DNA from: a virus
Taxonomy: Duplodnaviria; Caudoviricetes
Length of the DNA: 64,000 nt
Virus record (IMG/VR): IMGVR_UViG_3300015360_000023
Location: 128,001 to 192,000 of that record
Direction: 5' to 3' (one strand)
Every line of letters starts with the position of its first letter. Within the stretch, counting starts at the first letter, position 1. The position numbers and the translations under genes were made by a program. Positions 9,890 to 19,971 of this stretch are shown one piece after another. The notes under the pieces were generated by a model that worked only from the letters and a program-made list of their open reading frames with translations, was not told the DNA's origin and made no database searches.

Positions 9890-10266
9890 TGAAGCGCTCT
9901 AAAAAGAAGCTCCTTGCAAATAGAAAACTAACCATTATTAAGGTTTTACCAAAAGATGGGGTTGTTTCGGCTGAGGATTTAGATAGATGGCACTTCATGT
10001 TCAGGAATAATCTAATTGATTATCAAAGAGCTGCCTCCACAGGCGAAGTAGAAATACAAGAAATCGCAGTACCTAAACGAGGCGAACACTTCATTACCTT
10101 AGTTCGAGTTGGTGGCGGTGATTACTCCCCCACAACTGAAGACTTAGAACAATGGCGTAAAGTCTTTGAAGATGCTGCTAAAGATCCTGATTTCAAAATC
10201 TTTACGCATGAACACGTAAACATTGAAGTATTAGATATTCACGATATTATCGCCGTTGAGTCATAA
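9889..10266 (+). CDS. Hypothetical protein with an internal duplication
   Basis: SAEDLDRWHFMF versus TTEDLEQWRKVF; start placed at ATG 9889. Confidence 0.7.
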   Translation: MKRSKKKLLANRKLTIIKVLPKDGVVSAEDLDRWHFMFRNNLIDYQRAASTGEVEIQEIAVPKRGEHFITLVRVGGGDYSPTTEDLEQWRKVFEDAAKDPDFKIFTHEHVNIEVLDIHDIIAVES

Positions 10267-10280
10267 TTATGCATTAATGC

Positions 10281-10664
10281 ATGGCTAAACTCAAACCAGG
10301 TGATCGTGTAGATTGTCGTGTTAAGGAAGCCACAATTGTCAGTCCTTATAAGGAATATGACGACGTATTAACATTTGAAGTAATAGGTATTGATCAATAT
10401 GGCTATTATCTTTATGTTCCACCATACTACTTTATTAAAAAGACTTTTACGGTAGATAAATACCAGTGTAAGAATTTAGGCGTTGACCCGCGTTTCTTAG
10501 ATGTTCAAGCTCATTATATTCAAGAGAACATGATTCTTAGGATTAACTCTGTTTTAGATGGTATGAAATGCTGTAATTGCGAGGAATTTTATTCTATGGC
10601 TGAACCTAATCAGGATGATGGAACGCTTATTTGCTGGTCTTGTCGTAAAAATCCATATCGCTAG
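10281..10664 (+). CDS. Hypothetical protein with a C-terminal zinc ribbon
   Basis: CCNC...CWSC at the C-terminus. Confidence 0.7.
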   Translation: MAKLKPGDRVDCRVKEATIVSPYKEYDDVLTFEVIGIDQYGYYLYVPPYYFIKKTFTVDKYQCKNLGVDPRFLDVQAHYIQENMILRINSVLDGMKCCNCEEFYSMAEPNQDDGTLICWSCRKNPYR

Positions 10665-10678
10665 ACAGGCATTACAAT

Positions 10679-11368
10679 ATGGTACAGTCCGAAGATACAT
10701 ATATTTCCAGCCTTTTAGGTGAATTAAAGGAACTTTTCCCTAGCCAGAAAACTACCTCTCTCACACCAGCTCCTACTAGCACGGGTGGTTATCAAGCGCC
10801 TCTTAAAGGTTCTTGGAATAACTCTGGAGGTTTTGATGCTTCTGGAGCTTTACGCCCTAATGGTCGTAAGGGCCATGGCGGTGTTGATATGAGAGCCCCA
10901 GCAGGTACATCTATTTATCCTATGGCTCCAGGAGTTGTCTCCAGTGTCGGAACCGATCCGCTTGGAGGTAATGTAGTTAATGTTCAACATGCAGATAATG
11001 TTAGAACCTATTATGCTCATTGCTCTACTGTCAAAGTACAAAAGGGCGATAAGGTAGATTATGATACCGTACTTGGTACTGTAGGAGAAACTGGTAATGC
11101 TAAGGGTACCGTCCCTCATTGTCATTTTCAAGTTTGGAAAGACAATCAATTACAAGATCCTGCTAGATATTTTACTGTTCCTAAATATACTAATCTATCT
11201 GAAGATGAAAAGAAAAATGGTCTTTGGTCTGAAAAGGCTAGACAAGAGGCCGCCGCCTTCAATATGTCAGAGCACGTTCAAAAGGGCCGTAGTCGTGTTG
11301 CATTTACATCTGACGTCGACCAGCTCCTAAAGATTGCACACCAATTTTATAAGTTAACCTCAGGCTGA
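10679..11368 (+). CDS. M23-family peptidoglycan endopeptidase
   Basis: GHGGVD (HxxxD), YYAH, VQKGDKV, PHCHFQ (HxH). Confidence 0.9.
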   Translation: MVQSEDTYISSLLGELKELFPSQKTTSLTPAPTSTGGYQAPLKGSWNNSGGFDASGALRPNGRKGHGGVDMRAPAGTSIYPMAPGVVSSVGTDPLGGNVVNVQHADNVRTYYAHCSTVKVQKGDKVDYDTVLGTVGETGNAKGTVPHCHFQVWKDNQLQDPARYFTVPKYTNLSEDEKKNGLWSEKARQEAAAFNMSEHVQKGRSRVAFTSDVDQLLKIAHQFYKLTSG

Positions 11369-11683
11369 TTAACGGTCCTTCCAGGTGCCGATGATACCTA
11401 TGTTTTCTAAGGCGTTTCCGCTTGGCGGATCTAATAATGGTGTACCCATAGAGTGCCAATCCTCATATATTTGAGTAAAAGGATTCCAACCTTGCATTTT
11501 GTAATAGGTATTAAATCCTGTAGTTATGTTGGCGTTAGAATTAAAAAGGCCGCCTAAAACAGATGTTTGCCCACTTCCAATTGATGAAGTTAGATCTTGA
11601 CTACCAAGTGAGCCGGTACTTTGTCCTGTATATCCGGCAGCGTATACTAAATTCAATATATTTTGTTCAGTTATTAAAGCCAT
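11369..11683 (-). CDS. Small virion-associated protein with the YYK-x-x-GWNP module
   Basis: TYYKMQGWNPFTQIYEDW resembles the C-terminus of 15245-15820. Confidence 0.65.
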   Translation of the reverse strand: MALITEQNILNLVYAAGYTGQSTGSLGSQDLTSSIGSGQTSVLGGLFNSNANITTGFNTYYKMQGWNPFTQIYEDWHSMGTPLLDPPSGNALENIGIIGTWKDR

Positions 11684-11690
11684 ATTATCC

Positions 11691-13955
11691 TTATGGGGTT
11701 AATCCACTAGGTCCATTCCATTGTAAATATATTCCATTTTGTAAATGAAGCCAACGAGCACATCCGGTTGCTGTGCCACCACTTGTGTATGTTCCATTAC
11801 CTACAGAGTTATTTAATGTAAATTGGGTACTATTTAATACAGTAACTATCCAAGTACCATTAGCAGCGGTATTGCCTAAAACTCCAGATATGGTTACAGT
11901 TTGACCAGTTGTTAGAGCATTAGCTGCCGCAGTAATTTGGATAGGAGAAGCATTGGTGGCGGCAGAGATAGCGCGAGAGGTAACTTCATCTGATGTCAAA
12001 CTAAAATCACCAAAATTAGTTCTACCATTTCTTAATGCTGGAGCTGTTCCCATAAATCCAGGGTTGTAACTAAAAGGAGAGATAATTGCTGTAGTTAAAG
12101 TAACATCAGCAGTTGTTGCCCTCCACACTTCTATTGGTAAAATTTCAGTAGTGCTAGTAAATGGAGAGTCACCAGCATTAGCAGATAACATAGGATTGGT
12201 TGCTGAGGTGCCATCTAGATTCGCCCAACTTGTTAGTGCACAAAATTCAGGAGTATTAGTGCCTATAGTAACGCCAACATTAGTGGCCGCGCCCATTCTT
12301 AATCTAATAGTGCCGAAATCTGTTGTAGGCGCTCCGCCATAACAGAATATTCTGCTTGGATTATCTGGTAAAGGAGCCGGCTCATTATCAGATATCCCGA
12401 AAACCAACATCCCATTATTGCCACCTGTTTCTCTCATAAAAGCAGCAACATATTGGCCGTACCCATCTCCCACCATTGACATGCGAGAAACAAGAGTAAC
12501 ATGTCCGCCGCCTGGCACTGTGTTAGCAAGTGATGTATTTGAGGCAGAATTAATATCCATGAATTCTACTACATGGGTACTGGTTGCGCCAGCCGGAAAA
12601 TCTCCCGCCGAATTTCCGCCATAACCAACAGCAATAGATACGCAAGGTAAATTGGCGCCCATTGGCTCGGCACATATTCTTACTTGCCATGCAGAGCTAT
12701 GAGGGCTTTGTAAAATGATTCTGCTATTAGCTGTGTCCGGACCGCCAGTATATCCAAAAAGAGATAGTGTGCCACCTGAACCAAATGCACCACCAGCAAC
12801 AGAACCATTTAAAGAAAAGCGAGTACTATCGGTTGCCTGCGTAATAGTCCAAGTTCCGTTGGCATTTACATTACCAGTTCCACTGACAACAACCTTTTGT
12901 CCAGTTATCCATGTATGAGGGAAGTTACTGTCCCCCTGAATTACGATCGGAGTTGTGTTAGTCGATCCGCCGACCCCCCAGTTACCGCCATAAAATTTGG
13001 ATAAATAACCAGCAGCAATTACTTCTGTTTCATATAGCCACCAATCAATAGAATTAGTAGCTTCAACAGGGGGAGTTTCGGTTGATCTATAATCAATAAT
13101 GTATCTATTAAGATTAGCTACCTCACCACCAGTTGCCATAGTCCCGGTACCACCTGAACATCCTGTAAAAGTAGTTCCAGTTGTTCCCGTATAAGTAACT
13201 GTAGAAGTGTTAGTAGCTGTAGTAACAAAAATAGTCCCGCTGGCGGGGAATCCAGCCGTAGAGGCTACGTTGATAGTAGCTTGTGGTAGGGTGGCGCCAT
13301 TTGAAGCCGCCGCAATTGTAGTTGTATTGCCCGTATTACGAGCAGAAATCTTAAAGAGTCCGGTATTTTTAGTTGGGAAAGAATTACTTTTCAAAACCAA
13401 TATTTTACCAACATCGCCAACGACCACTTTTCTTTGAGTAATAGGGATAGAGACATCAAAAAATGATCCCGCTCCAAAATTAAGGCCAGCTCCATAACCA
13501 TCGGTTACCATACCTGAAGCATACAGAAATCCGGTAGTCATTGTTGCGGTGCTAGCCGTATAAGTGCCATTACCAAAAGTACCATATAGTGTTGCTTGAG
13601 TTGAATTTAAAACAGTTACTTTCCAAGTTCCATTGACAGCGCTATTACCAGTTCCGCCCGTAATGTTAACTACGTAACCATCTGATAATCCATGAGCAGA
13701 AGCAGTAGTAATTGTAATTGGCGTAGTATTGGTGGCAGCGGTAACAACAAGAGATTTAATGTTATTGTTATCCATGTTCCAGGAAGTTTGACCAACAACA
13801 GTGTATCCTAAAACTTTTTGTAGAAAAAGAGTTAGTTGATACATAAATCCAACATAAAACCTACCAGTATTATTTGTGCTAAAAGAGCCTCCAAAAGGTT
13901 GACTAACGTAACCTGAAGTAGTTGGATTATAATCTCTTGAGATAAAAATTGTCAT
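11691..13955 (-). CDS. Virion fibre/adhesin protein, paralog A1
   Basis: N-terminal SRDY, RIILQSPH..WQVR core, C-terminal HLQNGIYLQWNGP; T/G-rich repeats. Confidence 0.7.
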   Translation of the reverse strand: MTIFISRDYNPTTSGYVSQPFGGSFSTNNTGRFYVGFMYQLTLFLQKVLGYTVVGQTSWNMDNNNIKSLVVTAATNTTPITITTASAHGLSDGYVVNITGGTGNSAVNGTWKVTVLNSTQATLYGTFGNGTYTASTATMTTGFLYASGMVTDGYGAGLNFGAGSFFDVSIPITQRKVVVGDVGKILVLKSNSFPTKNTGLFKISARNTGNTTTIAAASNGATLPQATINVASTAGFPASGTIFVTTATNTSTVTYTGTTGTTFTGCSGGTGTMATGGEVANLNRYIIDYRSTETPPVEATNSIDWWLYETEVIAAGYLSKFYGGNWGVGGSTNTTPIVIQGDSNFPHTWITGQKVVVSGTGNVNANGTWTITQATDSTRFSLNGSVAGGAFGSGGTLSLFGYTGGPDTANSRIILQSPHSSAWQVRICAEPMGANLPCVSIAVGYGGNSAGDFPAGATSTHVVEFMDINSASNTSLANTVPGGGHVTLVSRMSMVGDGYGQYVAAFMRETGGNNGMLVFGISDNEPAPLPDNPSRIFCYGGAPTTDFGTIRLRMGAATNVGVTIGTNTPEFCALTSWANLDGTSATNPMLSANAGDSPFTSTTEILPIEVWRATTADVTLTTAIISPFSYNPGFMGTAPALRNGRTNFGDFSLTSDEVTSRAISAATNASPIQITAAANALTTGQTVTISGVLGNTAANGTWIVTVLNSTQFTLNNSVGNGTYTSGGTATGCARWLHLQNGIYLQWNGPSGLTP

Positions 13956-15235
13956 TAGGTGCCTAAAGGTAGAAGACTATATGGTAGAACTGAGCCATCC
14001 CATGGCCATAATACGCCGTTTCCTACGTGTATAAATTCCCCATTATCACCTATCAAATGGAAGGCGGGGAAGATGTTACTCGTAAACGCAATAGGTCTTA
14101 ATTTTGCTCTTGCTAAAGAATATTGGCCTGCCGCAGAGATGGTGGAAATAATAGCTTCTGAGTAAAATACTTTACCTAATCTTGATGTTGCGGCGAGGAG
14201 ATTAGTTAAGTTAGGGCCTACTGTGAATGCTGTGCCCGTAACACCATCACCTACTAAATTCTTTGTCATTAATTGGCAGGTTCTTGTAGTTCCATCAAAA
14301 CCTACCATAGCAAAATTATTAGTATGAGAGTCAGTGGCTACAGATGCAAGAAGGTTATTACCAGCCACCATTATAGTTAGCGGGTTAGTATCTTGTGCTT
14401 GTGTATATATTCTTTTTGGTATAATATTATAAAAATACAGCCCAGCATTATTTGTATTAGGAGTTCTAATATGACCTATGAAGAAATCTTTATCTGCGAT
14501 CAATGTTATGTTTCCGATAACATTAGATGTAGTTCCTGTAAAATTTGAGCTAGTAGGGGTTCGTTCTGTTAAAGTTGTTCCGGTAAAAGCTGAACCTGTC
14601 CATGTGCCAGCAGGAGATCCTACCATACCAAATTGTCCAAATGGAGTAGAAGAGCCTCTTAATAACATTTGAAATTGACTATTGGCTTGCCCAACATTAA
14701 TGGTTGATGCTCCCGATAGAGTTCCAACCCAATAATTTCCGCTAGCGATACCTAATTGAGATGCTGCTATTACATCAATAATTCTATAATTAAGAGCAGA
14801 GCGAGATGTTAAGTTATTTTTAAGAGTAGTAATATCTCTAGTGCCGCCACTAAATGGAGCAATAATCATTTGAGTGGCGCCTAAAACATTGATAATTCTG
14901 TAAATAGAATTATCAGTACTATCTGTATCAGTATGAGACCAGATAGTAATATGTTTACCAATCATAGATGTACTGAAATTGCCTGACAAAGAGACAAAAT
15001 TAATTCCCAAATCAGAAGTAACGCCATCATTTCCCGTAGCTAAAACTGATGCCCCTTCAAAAAAACCAGCAGGCGCGCTGGTTGGAGTGGTTGGCATACC
15101 ACCTGGAGTAGTTAATGAAGAAGTTCCATTAACACAATATCCCCAAAATTCATAGCAAATTCTCATGAAAATAGGAATATCACGACCGTTAGTCGATGTA
15201 GTGTATTGTAATCCTCTTAGATATTTTCTAGCCAT
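13955..15235 (-). CDS. Virion protein, paralog B1
   Basis: YEFWGYC, NSIYRI, LNYRIID, LARAKL, GNGVLWPWD. Confidence 0.7.
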   Translation of the reverse strand: MARKYLRGLQYTTSTNGRDIPIFMRICYEFWGYCVNGTSSLTTPGGMPTTPTSAPAGFFEGASVLATGNDGVTSDLGINFVSLSGNFSTSMIGKHITIWSHTDTDSTDNSIYRIINVLGATQMIIAPFSGGTRDITTLKNNLTSRSALNYRIIDVIAASQLGIASGNYWVGTLSGASTINVGQANSQFQMLLRGSSTPFGQFGMVGSPAGTWTGSAFTGTTLTERTPTSSNFTGTTSNVIGNITLIADKDFFIGHIRTPNTNNAGLYFYNIIPKRIYTQAQDTNPLTIMVAGNNLLASVATDSHTNNFAMVGFDGTTRTCQLMTKNLVGDGVTGTAFTVGPNLTNLLAATSRLGKVFYSEAIISTISAAGQYSLARAKLRPIAFTSNIFPAFHLIGDNGEFIHVGNGVLWPWDGSVLPYSLLPLGT

Positions 15236-15244
15236 GAAAGTTCC

Positions 15245-15820
15245 TTATTCTATCCAACGTGATACTATAACTATATTAACTAAATTATTTCCACTTGGCG
15301 GTGTTTTGAAGACATCTCGCTCTACATTAGCTGGATGACGACCAGGTACTGGATCAAATAATTCTGGACGGCCAGTAATATTTTCCGAAATAACCCAAGC
15401 TTCCCATGAAGATGTTAAAGGGTTCCATCCCTTTAGTTTATAATAAATAGTTTGATCTTTAGGGTGATCAATAACAGAATTAATATCTATATCAAATAAA
15501 GATTCTTCAATTGGTTGTTCGTACTTTCCCCAATTGGTATTGTATCCAGTATATAATTCATTCTTAAATGAATCTACCATGTTATCAGAAGTGACGCCGC
15601 CCCAATTTGAGTTGTATCCAGCATATGGTTGATTAAAAAATGGTGAGTTTACGTTTTGATTATCGTAAGATCCCCAATCTAGCATATAGCCTTGGAACAC
15701 TCCATCTGTAAACTGTATAGGAGTAGTGCCCGCATAGCCATCCCAATGATCACCAGTACTAGGTAAGCTAAATCCATCGGAAAATGATAATAGTATGTTT
15801 GAAGTTTGTGCTATTGCCAT
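15245..15820 (-). CDS. Virion-associated protein with the YYKLKGWNP module
   Basis: Tyr/Asn-rich; C-terminal IYYKLKGWNPLTSSWEAWV. Confidence 0.65.
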   Translation of the reverse strand: MAIAQTSNILLSFSDGFSLPSTGDHWDGYAGTTPIQFTDGVFQGYMLDWGSYDNQNVNSPFFNQPYAGYNSNWGGVTSDNMVDSFKNELYTGYNTNWGKYEQPIEESLFDIDINSVIDHPKDQTIYYKLKGWNPLTSSWEAWVISENITGRPELFDPVPGRHPANVERDVFKTPPSGNNLVNIVIVSRWIE

Positions 15821-15829
15821 GATTTCCTA

Positions 15830-18355
15830 TTATGGAACAACCGCTGGACCATTCCACGGTATGTAGATTCCTCTTCTTAAATGCTGCCATTGTCCACCGC
15901 GTAATACCGTTCCTCCAGAAGTAAAAGCACCATTACCAGTTGTACCATTTAATGTAAAATTAGTGCTATTTATAACGGTTATAATAAACGTTCCATTCGC
16001 ATTAGTGTTTCCGCCAACGCTATGAATTGCTACTGATTGACCAGTTATTAATGTGTTTGCAGCCGTAGTTGTTATCTGAATTGGTGAAATACCGTTTCCT
16101 GATGTAGTTTGAACCGACCAAGTTGAATTATCTGTTGTTAAAGTATATTCTGCAAAATTTCCTCTTCCTACTTTAATAATTGGAAGCTGCCCCAAAACTT
16201 TTGGATAGAAAGCAAGTGCTTGTACTGGAGTACCGCCGTTCCACGAGTAAACAGTTCCAGCAGTTAGGTCTACTGGTAATAACTCTGTGGATGAGGTAAA
16301 TGGACAATCACCGCCGTTGGCATCGTACATTGGTCCCGCTCCTTGATTATTACTGGTTACATATGCCAACATGGATGGATGACAAGAAATAGGAGATTCA
16401 TGAAATGTTATTCCTTGTATTGGTGAAATGCCGTTAGTGTAGCCTACTTGCAGAGAAACATCATTTCCAGTGCCGTTACCAACATCTCCACGAGTATTAC
16501 CTAATACATATAGTCTTCTTATTGGTTTTATTGGTAGTGGCACCGGCTCATTATCTGGCAAACCAAATGTTACAAGAAAAGAGCGTGGACTTGTAAGATT
16601 TGAGGCTCTTCTCATAATCATAGTAACGGATTGTCCAGTATCATCGCCAATAAGCGTATATCTCATTACTTGACCAGAATTACCTGCATCGTCACCAAAT
16701 CCATTACCACCAGAATAGTCTTGATTTGCTACATTACCAGTGAGATTAAAGAAATTTAAATTATGTAAAGAATCTCCTCCAATTGGGAAGTCGCCAACAC
16801 CATTTCCACCAAAACCGGGGGCCGCACTTATTGGAGCGCCAGCACCGTTAAAAATGTTACGAGCACTATCAGCAGTTGATTCGTTACAAACTCTAACCTG
16901 CCATGCCAAAGCATGTGGACTTTGAAGAATGATTCGCGGAGTAACTGAGGATCCTACGCTATTATAGCCGCTAGTTCCGTTGCCAGCCCCATTTTGTGGA
17001 GCGCTTGAATCTCTCTCGTATAACCACCACATAACGGTATCGTTAGCTTCTACAATAGCTGCATCACCGTTTCCACGATAATCAATAACATACTTATTTT
17101 GATTGGTGATAGATTGACCAGTTACTAAAGTTCCAGTACCACCAGTTGCGCTAGTAAATGCTTGTTGCGTAACAGCTCCGCCTGTAGTCATGGCTCCAGT
17201 TCCACCAGTACATCCTGTGAAACTTGTTCCAGTAGTTCCTGAATAAGTAACTGTTTGTAAACCAGCTCCAGTAGTTACCGTGATAACACCGCTAGCAAGA
17301 AATCCCGTTGTTGAAGCGACGTTAATGGTTGCTTGGGGCAAGGATTGGCCGTTAGAGCCAGACGCAATAGTAGTATTAGCATTAGTAACGGTGCCATATG
17401 TAATTGTTTGAAAACCATTACCAATAAGAACTGTTCCTCCCGTAAATGTTGTGCCCGTGCCGCCCGTACAACCAGTAAAGCTAGTTCCAGTTATTCCAGT
17501 ATAAGTTATTGTTGAAGTTCCAGCAGATGTACTTAATAAAAAGGTTCCAGTAGTTGGAAATCCTGTTGTAGAAATTACGTTAATAGTTATGGATGCTGGT
17601 AATGATACAAGATTTCCAGTAGTCATTGTACCAGTACCACCCGTACAACCTGTAAATTGGGTTGCATTAGTTCCAGTATAAGTGACTGTTTGTGTTCCAG
17701 CACTAGTCACAACTGAAATAGTTCCGCTTGTTGGAAAACCAACAGTAGAGGCTACGTTAACATTTCCATTTGGAAGTGCAACACCATTAGAGGCAGACGC
17801 GGTCGTAGTAGTAGTACCAAAAGTAACAGCATTTGATGTAGATGCAACAGTGGTGCTTGCCCCCACAAAAAAACTTCCGCTTGTTGGAAATCCTGATACA
17901 GAGTTAACGTAAATTGTTCCTTGTGGAAGCGATACGTTATTTGATCCACCTGTAATAGTTGTTGTATTTCCTTGTTGAATTGAAGTGATACCAAAAATGC
18001 CAGAATTACTTGTAGGATATCTAGTACTTTTAATAACTAATGTTCTACCAATATCAAATGAAGTTACAGTTTTAATATTAAGTGGTATTTGTACCTCAAT
18101 ATTAGCGCCATTATTAGCTATACCCACTCTATTGCCACCTGGGAAAGTTGGAGCGGAAGCTGTAGGAGTGGTATCTCCAGAGGCGATTAGTAATGAACCG
18201 AAATTATTGATTGGATAGTTGGTGTCACCGACGTAAGTGTACCCCAAAATTCTACGTAAAAATAGAACTAATAAATATGACGATATGTATGTTCTAGCTG
18301 TGCTAGAAGTGCCTGTTGAAGTAGCGTTATAATCTCTGCAAGTATAGTGTGCCAT
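15830..18355 (-). CDS. Virion fibre/adhesin protein, paralog A2
   Basis: CRDY, RIILQSPHALAWQVR, HLRRGIYIPWNGP; four copies of the LPQxTINVxSTxGFP module. Confidence 0.7.
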   Translation of the reverse strand: MAHYTCRDYNATSTGTSSTARTYISSYLLVLFLRRILGYTYVGDTNYPINNFGSLLIASGDTTPTASAPTFPGGNRVGIANNGANIEVQIPLNIKTVTSFDIGRTLVIKSTRYPTSNSGIFGITSIQQGNTTTITGGSNNVSLPQGTIYVNSVSGFPTSGSFFVGASTTVASTSNAVTFGTTTTTASASNGVALPNGNVNVASTVGFPTSGTISVVTSAGTQTVTYTGTNATQFTGCTGGTGTMTTGNLVSLPASITINVISTTGFPTTGTFLLSTSAGTSTITYTGITGTSFTGCTGGTGTTFTGGTVLIGNGFQTITYGTVTNANTTIASGSNGQSLPQATINVASTTGFLASGVITVTTGAGLQTVTYSGTTGTSFTGCTGGTGAMTTGGAVTQQAFTSATGGTGTLVTGQSITNQNKYVIDYRGNGDAAIVEANDTVMWWLYERDSSAPQNGAGNGTSGYNSVGSSVTPRIILQSPHALAWQVRVCNESTADSARNIFNGAGAPISAAPGFGGNGVGDFPIGGDSLHNLNFFNLTGNVANQDYSGGNGFGDDAGNSGQVMRYTLIGDDTGQSVTMIMRRASNLTSPRSFLVTFGLPDNEPVPLPIKPIRRLYVLGNTRGDVGNGTGNDVSLQVGYTNGISPIQGITFHESPISCHPSMLAYVTSNNQGAGPMYDANGGDCPFTSSTELLPVDLTAGTVYSWNGGTPVQALAFYPKVLGQLPIIKVGRGNFAEYTLTTDNSTWSVQTTSGNGISPIQITTTAANTLITGQSVAIHSVGGNTNANGTFIITVINSTNFTLNGTTGNGAFTSGGTVLRGGQWQHLRRGIYIPWNGPAVVP

Positions 18356-18367
18356 GATAAAACCTTA

Positions 18368-19960
18368 TTAGTACGGGAACCAAGTATATGGTAAGACCAC
18401 TTTATCCCATGGAAGAGCAACTCCCTGATTTAAAAGAATAAAATCACCATCACTGCCGCCATTAAATCTTGTAAAAACCTTCATAAAGCTATTTGCGAAT
18501 CTTATTTTTTTAACTCTAGCTCTAGCTAATGAATACTGATTTACAACTCCAACTAGCGAAAGAAATCCGGTTGAGTTAGCTAGTTGACCAGTAACTAGAT
18601 TAGCCCCGGCCCTAATATCTACTAATGAATTTCCAGGTACTTTAGGTAATTGTGTTGCTGAAACTTGAAGTCTATCTGTATCTCCATCACCTATTAAGGC
18701 TTTTACAGACATACGATGGTTACGGAAAACTCCATCATTGCATCGCATGACAAATCCACCACCGTATCCATATGTCGTGCCCGTTGAATTGAAAAAATTT
18801 GGGGAGGATGGGTTACCATATCCATTTATTTGAACTGCGAACGGATTAGGATCTTGTGTTTGAGAATATAATCTTTCTGGTATCTCCCAATGAAAGTGAA
18901 ATCCATTTGAAGATGCATGATTTGAATCTTTACCATATACTATTAAAAATTCTTTATCACCAATTAATGTTATAGTACATTGACCGGCAGAAGTGGTATT
19001 TTGCATAGAATTACTGCTATTGGCGGATGCGAGGTTTGGGAGAATAGTACTACTTCCATCTACTCCAAATGCAGTTCCGTTCCAAGTTCCATTAGGAGAC
19101 ATTCTAAAATCTAATCTTTGATTAGTGGAGGCAACGAATAATTGAAGCTGTGGATTAGCTTGCCCCGGATTTACAATAGTTCCATCTAATTGAAACACTA
19201 TGAAATTACCATCAGCAATACCTGTAAACGCTCCCGCAACAGTAACATCAATTACTCTGTAATTAATTGACGATCTATTTGTAAATGAGGGCCTATAACC
19301 ATCATTACCTGAACTTGGAGTTCCACCATTGTTAACATTTACAACTATATTTGTTGGAGATTTAAATGCAATTATGTTGTAAATAGAGTCTTCTGAACTA
19401 TTAGATCCTGCTTTCCAGGTTACCAATTGTTTACCAACCATACTAGCAGTAAAAGGTCCGCTAGCAGCAGTAAAATCTTGATAACCATCCATTCTATAAA
19501 TGGTCGTTGCAGTAGTAGCTCCGTCAGTTCCAACGGTCATTAAACTTGAACTTGTAACGTTGTCACCAGTGGTCATAGTACCAGTACCACCAGTACAACC
19601 AGTAAAGGTTGTGGCACCTACACCAGTGTATGTTATAGTTTGTGTTCCGGTTGTAGTTTTTACGAAAATAGTTCCAGAAGCTGGAAATCCTGTGGTGGAA
19701 GCTACGTTAATAGTTCCCTGGGGTAAAACGGCTCCGTTAGAAGCGACAGCAATAGTAGTGGCAACTCCAAGAAAGTTTGCTGGCAAAGCTCCACCAGTAG
19801 GGGTAGTGGCAGCGAATGCATTTGTACCAGGAGATCCAACCGAAGCGCCCCCAAAAATACAATACCCCCAGAATTCATACATTATTTTAAGAAAGTATGT
19901 CATTCTGGCAGTTGTACTTCCAGTAGAAAAATTTAGTACTCTAACGAACTTGGTTGCCAT
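18368..19960 (-). CDS. Virion protein, paralog B2
   Basis: YEFWGYC, EDSIYNI, INYRVID, LARARV, QGVALPWD. Confidence 0.7.
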   Translation of the reverse strand: MATKFVRVLNFSTGSTTARMTYFLKIMYEFWGYCIFGGASVGSPGTNAFAATTPTGGALPANFLGVATTIAVASNGAVLPQGTINVASTTGFPASGTIFVKTTTGTQTITYTGVGATTFTGCTGGTGTMTTGDNVTSSSLMTVGTDGATTATTIYRMDGYQDFTAASGPFTASMVGKQLVTWKAGSNSSEDSIYNIIAFKSPTNIVVNVNNGGTPSSGNDGYRPSFTNRSSINYRVIDVTVAGAFTGIADGNFIVFQLDGTIVNPGQANPQLQLFVASTNQRLDFRMSPNGTWNGTAFGVDGSSTILPNLASANSSNSMQNTTSAGQCTITLIGDKEFLIVYGKDSNHASSNGFHFHWEIPERLYSQTQDPNPFAVQINGYGNPSSPNFFNSTGTTYGYGGGFVMRCNDGVFRNHRMSVKALIGDGDTDRLQVSATQLPKVPGNSLVDIRAGANLVTGQLANSTGFLSLVGVVNQYSLARARVKKIRFANSFMKVFTRFNGGSDGDFILLNQGVALPWDKVVLPYTWFPY

Positions 19961-19971
19961 TATTTACTCTC

